DNA from: Pristiophorus japonicus | Taxonomy: Eukaryota | Direction of reading: 5' to 3' | DNA: 64,000 nucleotides | NCBI RefSeq assembly: GCF_044704955.1 | Contig: NC_091990.1 | Location: 110,608,001 to 110,672,000, forward strand | Part shown: one piece after another, positions 24,616-36,491 of the stretch | Layout of the letters: each line of letters starts with the position of its first letter | Numbering within the stretch: the stretch's first letter is position 1 | Notes under the pieces: generated by a model | Seen by the model: the letters and a program-made list of their open reading frames with translations, nothing else | The model's database searches: none | Told to the model about the DNA's origin: nothing | Translations under genes and position numbers: made by a program

Positions 24616-25355
24616 AGGCTCAATTTTCACCGAGCCCGATTTCTGGCACACTTGCCTGAGTTACGCTGCTTCATTACGGGAGTAGTTGCGCCAGGAAAAA
24701 ATCTTCGTAGTTTCTCTGATGTTTGGCCTCTACTCTGCAGCCGCGCAGCATGGCCAGTCACCTCGGGGGGTGGAGCCTGCGGTCTGCATTGAAAAAAGGT
24801 GCCGGGACTTCTGCGCATGCGGGATGAAAAAAGGGACATTCCTGACGTCTCTGAAATAGCCGCGCATGCGCAGTCGTGCTCCGACCCTTTCCAGCCCTTG
24901 AGTGAGGTGCCTTCCTGTCGCTCGCTGTGTGGTCCCCACCTGATGCCGGCCAGCTCGCTCCCTCTTCCTCCTCCTCCCCCCCCGGCCCCCAAACCACTCC
25001 GGTTCAGAGTGTGTGCCGGTCCAGGTCCTCTCCGCTTCCCGCCCTATCCCAGGCCGAATGGCCTCTGATGTACTTACCTGCGCGGATTTCTTTATCTCTC
25101 CACAGTGGTTTACATACGCTGGCCTAAGTAGAAATGGAGTAACTATTAGCTGGCCAAAATTGCCTGAATGGCCAGAACTGGCGTAGATGGCTGGTAACGC
25201 CCCCTTTTGAGCAAAAAAAAATTTACCTAAAAAAAACGTAACTAAGTGACTTACGCTGGTGCAAATTGATTGGGGAAACTGGGGATTTTTAAGTTAGGCC
25301 AGAAAAAGCAGCTTACTCAAAAAAAAAGGAGCAAATACTGGGGGAAATTGAGCCC
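24616..25355. mobile_element. Non-autonomous DNA transposon, PIF/Harbinger-like
   Basis: TIRs AGGCTCAATTT / GGGCTCAATTT, 3-bp TSD TTG (24613-24615, 25356-25358); cleanly interrupts an L2. Confidence 0.8.
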
Positions 25356-26115
25356 TTGGTACTGAGCCACAGAATGATATATTAGGACAGGTAACCAAAA
25401 GCTTGGTCAAATGGGTAGGATTTGAGTATCTTAAAGGAGGAGAGAGGTAGAGAGGTTTAGGGAGGGAGTTCCAGAGCTTAGGGCCTCATCAGCTGAAGGC
25501 ACGGCCACCAATGGTGGAGTGATTATAATCAGTGATGTGCAAAAGGCCAGAATTAGAGGAGCACCGAGATCTCGGAGGGTTGTGGGGCTGGAGGAGGTTA
25601 CAGAGATAAGGAGGGAGCGACGGCCAAAGAGGGATTTGAAAACAAGTCAGCAGGAGAGGAGGGGAGAAACTGTAAGGGATGCAGACATACAACATCTCAA
25701 GAAGAAGCGAATGTGAGGGGGAACAGGAGAGAAGTATTTGACCCTGTGGAATGTGGTCTAATCGCTTCTCTGAACTCTGTGGGATCCAATGCCGTCATAT
25801 TCAGAGATAATATCCACCTTACCACAGATATCATATCCACCTCACACGATCCGCAGCCTTGCCTCCCGCTGATGCTAGCTGAGTCGGATTGTAGTTGGAG
25901 AGACCATTCCTGAGCTGACTGCATTATAAGCTCATTCTACCAAGTGAAATTACATCATTAATCTAACCGACAGCATTTGCTCACAATTACATGTTGCAAG
26001 AAAGCGTCATTAAAAACACAACAGTTCAATAGAGCAAAAATGAAGCATCACAGAAGGCCAGACAAATTGAGAGTTAATTGGAGCAGTACGTTCCTGTTTA
26101 CAGCTGTTGAGGATT

Positions 26116-26455
26116 CTCAGGTGGATGTAAAAGATCCCGCGACACTATTTTGAACAAGAGCAGCGGAGTTATCCCCAATGTCCTGTGGCCAATATTTATC
26201 CCTCAATCAGCATCACTAAAAACACAGATTATCTGGCCATTATCTCATTGTTGTTTGTGGGAGCTTGCGGTGCACAAATTGGCTGCTGGGTTTCCACATT
26301 ACAACAGTGACTACACTCAAAAAGTACTTCATTTTCTGCGAAGCACTTTGAGACATCCGGTGGTCGTGAAAGGCACTTCATAATTGCAAGTCTTTCTTTC
26401 AATCAACATCACTAAAATAAAACAGGTTATCTGGTCATTAAATCATTGCTATTTG
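26116..26455 (+). mobile_element. Deu-domain SINE 3' two-thirds plus partial re-copy (26400-26455)
   Basis: Deu core to tail, then restart at caatcaacatcactaaaa. Confidence 0.88.
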
Positions 26456-26462
26456 CAGTCAA

Positions 26463-29240
26463 ATAAGAACATGAGAAATAGGAGTGGGACTCGGCCATTC
26501 AGCCCCTCGAGCCTGCTCTACCATGCAATAAGACCATGGCCCGATCCCCATATCCCTTGATTCCCCTAGAGTCCAAAAATCTGCTCAATGACTCAGCATC
26601 CACAGCCCTCTGGGGTAGAGAATTCCAAAGATTCATCACTCTCTGTGAAGAAATTTCTCCTCCATCTTAAATAGCCAACCCCTTATTCTGATACTATGCT
26701 TCTTAGTTCTACACTCCCCAACCAGATGAAAGACCTCCCTGCATCTACACTGTCAAGCCCTTTAAAGAATTTTATACATTTCAATGAGATCACCTCTAAT
26801 TCTTCTAAACTCTTGGGAATTAATGCCTAGTCTACTCAATCTTTCCTCATAGGACAATCCCCCCCATCCCAAGAATCACTCTGGTGAACCTTCGTTGCAT
26901 TCCTTCTATGGCAGGTGTATCCTTCCTTAGGTAAGGAGACCGACACTGTGCACAATACTCCAGGTGCAGTCTCACCAGGGCCCTATATAAATTGCAGTAA
27001 GATGATTACTCTTATACTCAAATCCTTTTGTAATAAAGGTTAACATACCATTTGCTTTTCTAATCGCTTGCTGTGCCTGCATGTTAAGTTTCAGTGATTT
27101 GTGTACAAAGACACGCAGGCCCATCTGAACACTACCACCATTTAAAAATGATTCTGCTTTTCTATTTTTCCTACCATAGTGGATAATTTCACATTTCCCC
27201 ACATTATATTCCATCTGCCACATTCTTGCCCACTTACTTAACCTTCCTATATCCACTTGCAGCCTCTTTGCATCCTCCTTACAACTTACTTTTCCACCTA
27301 ACTTTGTATTGTCAGGAAACTTGGATACATTACTCCCAGTCCCCTCATCTAAATCATTGGTATAGATTGCAAATAGCAGAGGCCCAAGCACCGATCCTTG
27401 TGTTAGCCCACTAATTACAGCCTGCTAACCCAAAAATGACTCATTTATTCTTACTCTGTCCATTAACCAATTCTCAATCCATGCTAGTATATTACCCCCA
27501 ATCCTATGAGCCCTAATTTTGTGTAATAGCACCTTATTGAATGCTTTCTGAAAATCCAAATATGCCACATCCACGGGTTCTCCCTTATCTACCCTGCTAG
27601 TTATAACCTCAAAAAACCCGAACAGATTTGTCAAACACTATTTCCCTTTCATAAATCCATGTTGACTCTTCCCAATCATATTATGATTTTCTAAGTGCTC
27701 ATTAACAAGTCTCTAATAATAGATTCTAACATTTTCCCTACTATTGAAGTCATGCTAACTGGCATGTACTTTCTTGTTTTGTTTTCTCTCTCCCTCCTTT
27801 CTTAAATAGTGGGGTTACATTTGCTACCTTCCAATCCGTGGGAACCGTTCTAGAATCTAGGGAATTCAAGAAGATTAAAACCACTGCATCCACTATCTCT
27901 GTAGCCACCTCTTTTAAAACCCTAGGATGTCGGTCATCAGGTCCAGGGAATTTGTCAGCTTTCAGTACCATTAATTTCTCCAGTACTATTTCTTTATTAA
28001 TACTAATCTCTTGAAGTTTCTCATTCGCACTGGACCCCTGATTTCCCTCTATTTCCGGAATGTTTTTTTCCCCAATAAGACAGATACAAATTATTTGTTT
28101 AACCTCTCTGCCATTTCCTTATTTTCCATTATAATTTCTCTTGGCTCTGCCTCTAGGGGACCCACATTTACTTTTGCTTATCTTTTCCTTTTTACATACC
28201 TAAAGAAGTTTACATAATCTGTTTTATGTCTTGAGTTAGTTTACTCTCACGTTCTATTTTCCCTTTTTTTTAATCAATTTCTTGGTCCTCTTTTGATGAA
28301 TTCTAAAATCCTTCCAATCTTCAGGCTCACTACTCTTTTTGGCAAAATTATAAGGCCTTCCCTTTAATTTAATACTTTAACTTTTCATGTTAGCCACAGT
28401 TGGAACATGGGATTTTTATTCCTTAAGGGAATGTATATTCATCGTGAATATTTGCCATTCATTATTTACCATCATATCTTTGAATCTCGGTTCCCAATCT
28501 ACTTTATATCCAACTCATCTCTCATACCTACGTAGTTTTCTTTGCTCAGATTCTGGACCCTAGTTTCAGACATAACTAAATCACTCTCAAATGCAACATA
28601 AAATTCAATGATATTATGATCACTGTTCCCCAGAGGCTCCTTTACTACAAGGTTATTCATTAACCCTGTCTCATTGCGCAATACTAGATCTAAAATAGCC
28701 TATTCCTAATTGGCTCCTCGAAATACCGATCCAGAATGCATTGCATAAACACTTCCTCTGCACTATTACTGCAAATTTGGTTTCCCCAGACTATATGTAG
28801 ATTGAAGTCCCCCATGATTATTGTATTACCCTTGTTGCATGCACCTCTAATTTCCTGACTTGTACTGTGCCCTACATTACGACTACTGTTTGGGGGCCTA
28901 TAAACTACTCTCACCGGTGCTTTCTGCCCCTTGCTGCTTCTTAACTCCACTCAAAGTGATTCGGCATCTTGATTTCCCAAACTAAGATCCTTTCTCTCTA
29001 TTATCTTTATCCCATCCTTTATCATCAGGGCTAACCTCCCTCCTTTTCCATTCTGTCTATCTCTTCTAAAAGTCAAGTATCCTGGAATATTTATTTCTCA
29101 ACTTTGGCCACTCTGCAAACACATCTCCGTCATGGACATTTATTTCTGTCTGTGTTATTACATCATCTATTTTGTTGCGAATGCTTCACGCATTCAGATA
29201 TAGTGCTTTCAACTTTAACATTTTTCTATTTTTCCTTGAT
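26463..29240 (-). mobile_element. CR1 LINE, ~2.8 kb, decayed ORF2 (APE endonuclease + RT)
   Basis: VVYRPP, MGDFN, GNSDHN, KADKFPGPD, YLDFQKAF, LGPLLF in broken frames. Confidence 0.95.
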
Positions 29241-29254
29241 GCACCTTAGTGACA

Positions 29255-29683
29255 GTGTCAGCTGTGGCTCAGTGGGTAGCACACTCGCCTCTGCATCAGA
29301 AGATTGTGGATCCAAGTCCCACTCCAGAGACTGGAGCACGAAAAAGCCATGCTGACACTCCCAGTGCAGTGCTGAGGGAGTGCTTGTGGATGAGACGTTA
29401 AACCGAGATCAAGTGGACGTAAAAGATACCATGGCCACTATTTCGAAGAAGAGAAAGGGAGTTCTCCCCTGTGTCCTGGCCAATATTTATCCTTCAATCA
29501 ACAAAAAAATAGATTATCTGGTCATTACCACATTGCTGTTTGTGGGAGCTTGCTGTGCACAAATTGGCTGCTGCGTTTCCCACATTACAACAGTGACTAA
29601 AGTCTAAAAGTTCTTCATTGGCTATAAAGCGCTTTGAGATGTCCAGTGGCTGTGAAAGGTGCTATATAAAGGCAAGTCTTTCC
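29255..29683 (+). mobile_element. Deu-domain SINE, near full length
   Basis: Head, shortened Deu core, tail. Confidence 0.92.
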
Positions 29684-29871
29684 TTTTTCTTTCTTTCTCT
29701 CTGCCCCTTCCCGACGCATTCTCCTTATTTGGACCCAAATCACTACTCTGCTCTACAGCCTTGACATTTATCAGACTGCTTTCGCCTCCCAGCCCTCCTT
29801 CATTAGTTTAAATAAACAGACACAGTTGGAAAAGATAAGAGAGTGATTGAAAGACAAGGGCCAGTGACTAG

Positions 29872-30381
29872 ATTGGGCAGGCCACATTGTCCGCATGCCC
29901 GACATAAGACTCCGAAAGCAAGTGCTCTACTTGGAACTCCTACATGGCAAGCTATCCCCAGGTGGACAGAAGAAAAGTTACAAGGACACCCTCAAAGCCT
30001 CCTTGATAAAGTGCAACATCCCCATCGACACCTGGGAGTCTCTGGCTAAAGTCCGCCCTAAGTAGAGGAAGAGATTCCGGGAGGGCGCTGAGCACCTCGA
30101 GTCTCGTCGTCAAGAGCATGCAGAAAGCAAGCGCAGGCAGTGGAAGGAGCGTGTGGCAATCCAGACTCCCCACCCAAACTTTCAATCAACCACGGTCTGC
30201 TGTCGGAGGGGCAGCACTGAGAGAGCACCGCACTGTCGGAGGGGCAGCACTGAGGGAGCGCCGCACTGTCGGAGCTGACCGAGACTGTAATTCCCGTATT
30301 GGACCTGCACAGTCACCTGAGAACTCACTTTTGGAGTGGAAGCAAGTCTTCCTCGATCTCGAGGAACTGCCTATGATGATA
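29872..30381 (+). mobile_element. RTE-clade LINE 3' fragment with foreign 75-bp insert (30200-30274)
   Basis: WAGHIVRMPD.RLRKQ, KDTLKASLIKCNIP, (gat)n tail; colinear with 43375-44000. Confidence 0.9.
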
Positions 30382-30709
30382 ACGACTAGATCGACCAATG
30401 TTAGTGCTCGAGAGATGTGGCACTGTCACTCCTCCACACCAGTCTTCCCGATGAGGTCATTGTACAGTGAACAACCGACATTAAATGAAGATAATCGGAT
30501 CTTTAAATCAGCTTTAAAAAAAAGTTAAAACACTTGTAACGATTGCCAGACCCTTTTAACATCAGAACAGAACACACATCAAAATCTAATGGAAATCTTG
30601 TTCTTATTTATAAATGACACATGCCATATTAAACTAAATGACAGACAGTGCTTCTCAACAGTGATCACTTAAACTAATTTGTTGAGACCAATGCAGTTTC
30701 TCTTTTCCA

Positions 30710-30901
30710 GAGACAGAGAGAGGGCAAGAGGGCGAGCGAGAGCCCGAGGGGGGGCAGGGGGGCGAGGGAGAGCCCGAGGGGGGGGCAGGGGGGTGGACGA
30801 GGGAGAGCGAACACTCGAGGGGGGGGGGGCGAGGGAGAGCGAGCGCTCGAGGTGGGGCAAGGGAGAGCGAGCGCAGAGGGAGAGTGGCCGAGGGGGGTGG
30901 G

Positions 30902-30986
<85 letters not shown>

Positions 30987-31318
30987 TGGCCTAGGGTGGG
31001 GGAAAAAGAGAGAGAACGAGAGAGAGCGAGAGGGGGGTCAAGAGCGAGGCCGAGAGCGAGAGGGGGGCCGAGAGTGAGAGAGCGCGAGAGGGGGGGCCGA
31101 GAGCGAGAGAGAGCGAGAGGGGGGTCCGAGAGCGAGAGAGAGCGAGAGGGGGGTCCGAGAGCGAGAGAGGGGTTTGAGAGCGATAGAGAGCAAGAAGGGG
31201 GTCCGAGAGCGAGAGGGGGGTCCGAGAGCGAGAGAGAGGGCCCGAGAGCGAGAGGCAGAGAGCGAGCCGAGAGCAAGAGGGGGGGGGGCCGAGAGCGAGC
31301 GCCGAGGGGGGGGGGCGG
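30710..31318. repeat. GA/G-rich minisatellite (~29-bp CCGAGAGCGAGAGAGAGCGAGAGGGGGGT) with (GA)n microsatellite at ~30907-30984
   Basis: Direct inspection; abuts the assembly gap. Confidence 0.9.
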
Positions 31319-31483
31319 NNNNNNNNNNNNNNNNNNNNNNNNNNNNNNNNNNNNNNNNNNNNNNNNNNNNNNNNNNNNNNNNNNNNNNNNNNNNNNNNNN
31401 NNNNNNNNNNNNNNNNNNNNNNNNNNNNNNNNNNNNNNNNNNNNNNNNNNNNNNNNNNNNNNNNNNNNNNNNNNNNNNNNNNN
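31319..31483. other. Assembly gap (165 N)
   Basis: Run of n. Confidence 1.
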
Positions 31484-32045
31484 AAAGGCGGCCGAGGGGG
31501 AGGGTTGGGGGGGTGGGGGAAAGAGTATTGCAGTGTTGTGGGGCATTGTTTGTTCGAGCACAATGCGGATCTGACTCCATCCTTTCCTATCACAGCATCA
31601 GTTTACAACAATATAGAAAGTAAAGAGCAAATAATTGTCTTCATACCCTTTCTTTTGGTGTTCCTGTGAGCCTGGTATCTGAGACAGGTGAATGAGTCGG
31701 TCCAGAATCCTTTAACTGACCAAATATGCTAATGGCAGTCCTTAAAGTAAAGCACATTTCTGGATGGAATGGTAGCCACTGGCCCAATCAAACACATTCC
31801 TTCCATCAGATCAAAGGGAGCAGCCTCACGCCAAATGACGTGATAACTACAGCCACGTTTCCAATAAAATAATGAGGCATACTTCTTAAGATTTAACCCA
31901 AGCCAGTTAGTTAAAAGGCAAAAAAAAAATGGTTTCGTGCAAAGGGTTTCTAGAATGTGAAAAGCATTGCTTCAAACGGCCGTTGGTGGGAAATCAAAGG
32001 AGGTTGTTAAAAATGGAAGGAAGATACCCGGGAAGTAAAGAAATA

Positions 32046-32624
32046 TTTTTTTTAATTTATTCGTGGGACGTGGGTGTTGTGGTATATTCTTACCACATCA
32101 CAAGATGGCTCTTCCACAGAAAACGGTCATGTGGCCTTGCCATATGACCCTTTTATTAATTACCACAATAGTCCACTAGGAGGAGCTCTATTACAGGGTA
32201 CACTGTAGGAGCTCTATTACAGAGTACACTGTCACTGGCAAGACCAGCATTTGTTGCCCATCCCCTAATTGCCCTCGAGAGGCTGGTCGTGAGCCACCTT
32301 ATACAACTTTGTGGCTTGCTAGGCCATTTCAGGGAGCAGTTAAGAGTCAATCACATTGCTGTGGGTCTGGTGTCATACAGGCCAGACCGGGTAAGGGCAG
32401 CAGATTTCCTTCCCAATAGGACATTAGTGAACCAGAGGATTTTTTACAACAATCCGGTAGTTTCATGGTCACCATTACTGATACTAGTGTTTTATTCCAG
32501 ATTTATTAATAACTGAATTTAAATTCCCCAGCTTCTATGGTGGGATTTGAACTCGTGCCTCCAGATCATTAGTCTAGGTCTCTGGATTACTGGTCCAGTG
32601 ACATAACCACTATGCTACCGTACC
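32046..32624 (-). mobile_element. Second tRNA-derived SINE family, full length, with insert in tail (~32078-32230)
   Basis: Reverse complement begins ggtacggtagcatagtggttatgtcactggaccagtaatccag; B box gagttcaaatccc; shared tail. Confidence 0.87.
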
Positions 32625-32698
32625 TAAATTGAAGTCTGAACATGGAGCAAAGGCAGGGAATTGGGATTAAAAAGAGAGCCACCATGGCTAACAAAATG

Positions 32699-33020
32699 GT
32701 ATAAGAATATAATTAGGAGCAGGAGTAGACCATTGGGCCCCTCGAGCCTGCTCTGCCTTTCAATGAGATCATGGCTGATCTTTTATCTCAACTCCACTTT
32801 CCTGCATTGTCCCCATATCCCTTAATTCCCTTATTTTCCAAAGATATATCCAATACATCTAGCAATTCCTAAGTGTAGTGAAAGTTGCGTGTCTGGGCTA
32901 TCGATTTCTGTCTTGAATATAGTCAAAGACTGAGCCTCCACAGCCCTCTGAGGTAGAGAATTCCAAAGATTCACCACCCTCTGAGTGAAGAGATTTCTCC
33001 TCATCTCAGTCCTAAATGGC
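32699..33020 (-). mobile_element. CR1 LINE 3' fragment
   Basis: PFRTEMRRNLFTQRVVNLWNSLPQRAVEAQSL plus 3' UTR. Confidence 0.85.
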
Positions 33021-33220
33021 AGCACCAGCTCAATGGACCAAAAGGACTACTCCTGCTCTTGCATCTCTCTAAACCATACCAAAGCAGATTGAGCAACAGT
33101 GATAGGATATTAACCCAACAGTAGTCGAAATTTGTTTAACCTTGTTTTTTTTTGGCGGACAAGCTCTTGAGCTCAACAGGACAATTACAATTCCTCCACA
33201 CAGCGAGAACGAGGAAGAAC

Positions 33221-33550
33221 AAACCTGCATTTCTATAGCACCTTTCACCACCTCAGGACGTCCCAAAGCTCTTCATAGCCAATGAAGAACCTTTGAAATG
33301 TAGTCACTGTTGTAATGTGGGAATACTTAAGCTACTGATGTATCCTGGGCCAAAATGTATCCCTCAACCAAAGTCATTGAAACAGATAATCTGGCCATTT
33401 AACTCACAACTGTGTGGGGAAGCTTGCTGTGTGCAAATTGGCTGTCACGTTTCCTCAGTGACCACACTTCAAAAGTGCTTCATTGGCTATGAAGCACTTT
33501 GAGACATCCTGAGTTTGTGAAAGCTGTATATATCAAAGCTCTTTCTTTCT
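33221..33550. mobile_element. Two inverted Deu-SINE 3' fragments (minus 33221-33322, plus 33342-33550)
   Basis: Both match the SINE tail, in opposite orientations. Confidence 0.78.
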
Positions 33551-33708
33551 ATTAAATCTGTACTTATCACAACATCTCTCAACGTCACTTTGAACCAGAT
33601 AGTTATCCACCTACTTAGCACAGGAAGTTAAATCAGAGCACAGTATTAACTCGTGTTGATGGCATTCTATCTCCAAGATTAACCGATGTGATGCAAAGTT
33701 TACTCCCC

Positions 33709-34000
33709 CAACAATAACTTGCATTTATAGAACGCCTTTAATGTAGTAAAATGTCCCAAGGTGCTTCAACACAAGTATCTATCAAATCAAGTTTGGCACC
33801 GAGCTACACAAGGAGAAATGAGGGCAGGTGACCAAGAGTTTGGTCGAACAGCTAGGTTCGAAGGAGCATCGTAAAGGAGGAGAGAGGTAGAGGTTTTAGG
33901 GAGGGAATTCCAGAGCTTGGGGCGCAGGCAGTAGAAGGCAAGGCCGCCAATGGTGGAGCGATTAAAATCAAGGATGTGCAAGAGGGCAGAATTAGGAGCA
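33709..34000 (-). mobile_element. L2 LINE 3' fragment
   Basis: DFNRSTIGGLAF..PKLWNSLP; L2 tail. Confidence 0.85.
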
Positions 34001-34569
34001 CAAAGAAACTACAAACAACACAGCGCTCCCTCAGTACAGCATAAGAAGTGTGAACCCAGATTACGTACACACGTCACTGGCGTGGGACTTGAACCCATAA
34101 CCCCTCCGACTCCAGAGTGCTACAAACCGAGCCAAACTGACAGACGCCGTGGCTAGTTAAGGTGACGAAATCCCACCCTGCGCTGAACTAAACAGAAAGC
34201 TTATAAATGCAGCTTGGACATTAGAATGACGAGGTTTTTAAAAAAAAACAAACAGAGGGAAACATACCGTGGTGATTTCTGCGACTTATCCTTCGAGCTC
34301 CCTTTTCCTTTTCAGCAATCTTCAAAACACTGCCTTCTTCCTCCCCCAGAGGAAGTCCAGCTTGGAGATGTGACAGACACACGGGTGGCGTGGCTCCCAC
34401 AGTAAGGGCGTGTCTAAAAAAAAGTTCAAGGATTTCCTCAGCAGCTTTCATCCTTGCACAAGATTCACAAATAGAACTGGAGGAAAATACGAACGGCCCT
34501 CCCACAGCTGAGGATCGAAGAAAAGTCTACGAGCTTTGGGCCCTATTTTACATTCACTATTCACTACCC

Positions 34570-35324
34570 GAAGAGTAGGGGAGTTCTCCCCGGTAGCCTG
34601 GGCCAATATTTATCCCTCAAACAACATCACTAAAACAGATCAGATTGCCTCTTTTGGGAGCTTGCTGTGCACAAATTGGCTGCTGCTTATCCTAATTTTG
34701 GGAAAAGATTGTGGGTTCAAGTCCCACTCCAGAACTTGAGCACAAAAAAAATCCAAGTTGACACTCCAGTGCAGTGCTGAGGGAGCGCTGCATTGTCGGA
34801 GGTGTCGTCTTTCGGATGAGATGTTAAACCGAGGCCCCACCTGCTCTCTCAGGTGGACGTAAAAGATCCCATGACACTATTTCAAACAAAAGCAGGGGAG
34901 TTATCCCCGGTCTCCTGCCCAATATTTATCCCTCAATCAACATAACAAAAAAAAGATGATCTGGTTATCACATTGCTGTCTGTGGGAGCTTGCTGTGCGC
35001 AAATTGGCTGCTGTGCTTCCTATATTGCAACAGTAACTACATTCCAAAATATCTTCATTGTCTGTAAAGCACTTTGAGATGTCCGGTGGTCGTGAAAGGC
35101 GCTATAAAAATCCAAGTCTTTTTACTTTCAAACAACATCACTAAAACAGATTATCCAGTCATTATCACATTGCAATTTGTGGGAGCTTGCTGTGCACAAA
35201 TTGGCTGCTGTGTTTCCTACATTAAAACAGTGACTACACTCCAAAATGCACTTCATTGGCTGTAAAGCGCTTTAGGACGTTCTGAGCTCGTGAAAGGTGC
35301 TATATAAATGCAAGTCTTTCTTTC
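34570..35324 (+). mobile_element. Tandem Deu-SINE cluster (fragment 34570-34687, near-full 34702-35122, 3' half 35128-35324)
   Basis: Three colinear matches to the SINE. Confidence 0.9.
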
Positions 35325-35506
35325 TCCAAAAGGACACAATGTTCAGTTTATATTTCTTTGATAAAAGAAAATTTTAGTGGTTATTTTATGCCTATGTATG
35401 GTTTACTCCTGTCAATTCAAAGTCACACTTGCATCCCAAAATATTATCCAGCAGTTTGGACTAAGCTTTTTGTCAGCCACGTGCCAGTTGTGGCACCCTC
35501 GCCTAG

Positions 35507-35905
35507 GAGTCAGTAGGTTGTGGGTTCAAGCTCGACTCCAGAGACTGGAGCCCATAATCCCAGGCTGACACTCCAGTGCAGCACTGAGGGAGAGCCCGTC
35601 TTTCGGATGAGACGTTAAACCGAGGCCCCGTCTGCCATGGCACCATTTCGTTAGAAAGTGCAAGGGAGTTCTCCCCGGTGATTTGGGGAACAATATCTAT
35701 CCCCTCAAACAAGATCACACAGAAAAAAAAAGAGTGCCTGGTCATTTATAACATTGCCATTTGTGTGAGCTTGCTGTGCGCAAGTTGGCTGCCCGTTTCC
35801 TACATTACAACAGTGACTACACTCCAAAAAGTACTTCATTGGCTGTGACGTGCTTTGGGACATCCTGAGCTCGTGAAGGGCGCTATATAAATGCAAGTTT
35901 TTTTC
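35507..35905 (+). mobile_element. Deu-domain SINE with deletions
   Basis: B box, Deu core, tail. Confidence 0.88.
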
Positions 35906-36491
35906 TTATCTTTCTTTCGGGCAGTAAGCAGACAGTTTTTGCCTGGTGAACTTAACCTTGTTCCTGTCTTTCTTCAGTGTCTATATTTAAGATTTTAAGA
36001 AATCATTCGCGATCATTTCAAAAGGATTGAATAAAAGGTTTCCTTTTCTAACCACTACGTTTTCCCTTTCCTTAAAAATGATGACATGTTAAACTGTCAT
36101 CTTTTTTATTAATGAATTCAGACTGCTATCGATGCAAACCTCTTGCAGCGAGTCAAGCCGGAGCTGAGAGTTTGACCAAACGCCCGCAGCAGCAAACTCG
36201 CCCCTTTCTCTGAGGTTCAAAAGTCGCCTCGTCAAAGACAGCGGAGCATCAAGGGAGAAAGGTCCAGCCAAGTGGAAGTAATGTCACCATAAACATCAGA
36301 CAAGATGTGCAGAAAGAGAAACAATGAGCAACGATTACATCAAGACTGTCTCTCTGAAGGACAGGCAGCAAGCTCAGATTCATTTGCTTCTCAATCGGGG
36401 ATACGACATAAACCAAACCCTCAGCAAATACACTACAATAATGAGGAGCGGGCAGGGAAGTGGAGTTGAGGCCAAGATCAGATCCGCCATG

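Larger units (their letters stand above)
24059..25655 (-). mobile_element. L2 LINE 3' fragment split by a SINE and a DNA transposon
   Basis: Pieces 24059-24077, 24540-24615 and 25359-25655 join colinearly with the L2 3' end (compare 33709-34000, 44155-44370). Confidence 0.85.

Noticed and set aside
30669-31623. (RE)n / (SL)n ORFs across the gap
   Set aside because: Translations of microsatellite and N run.
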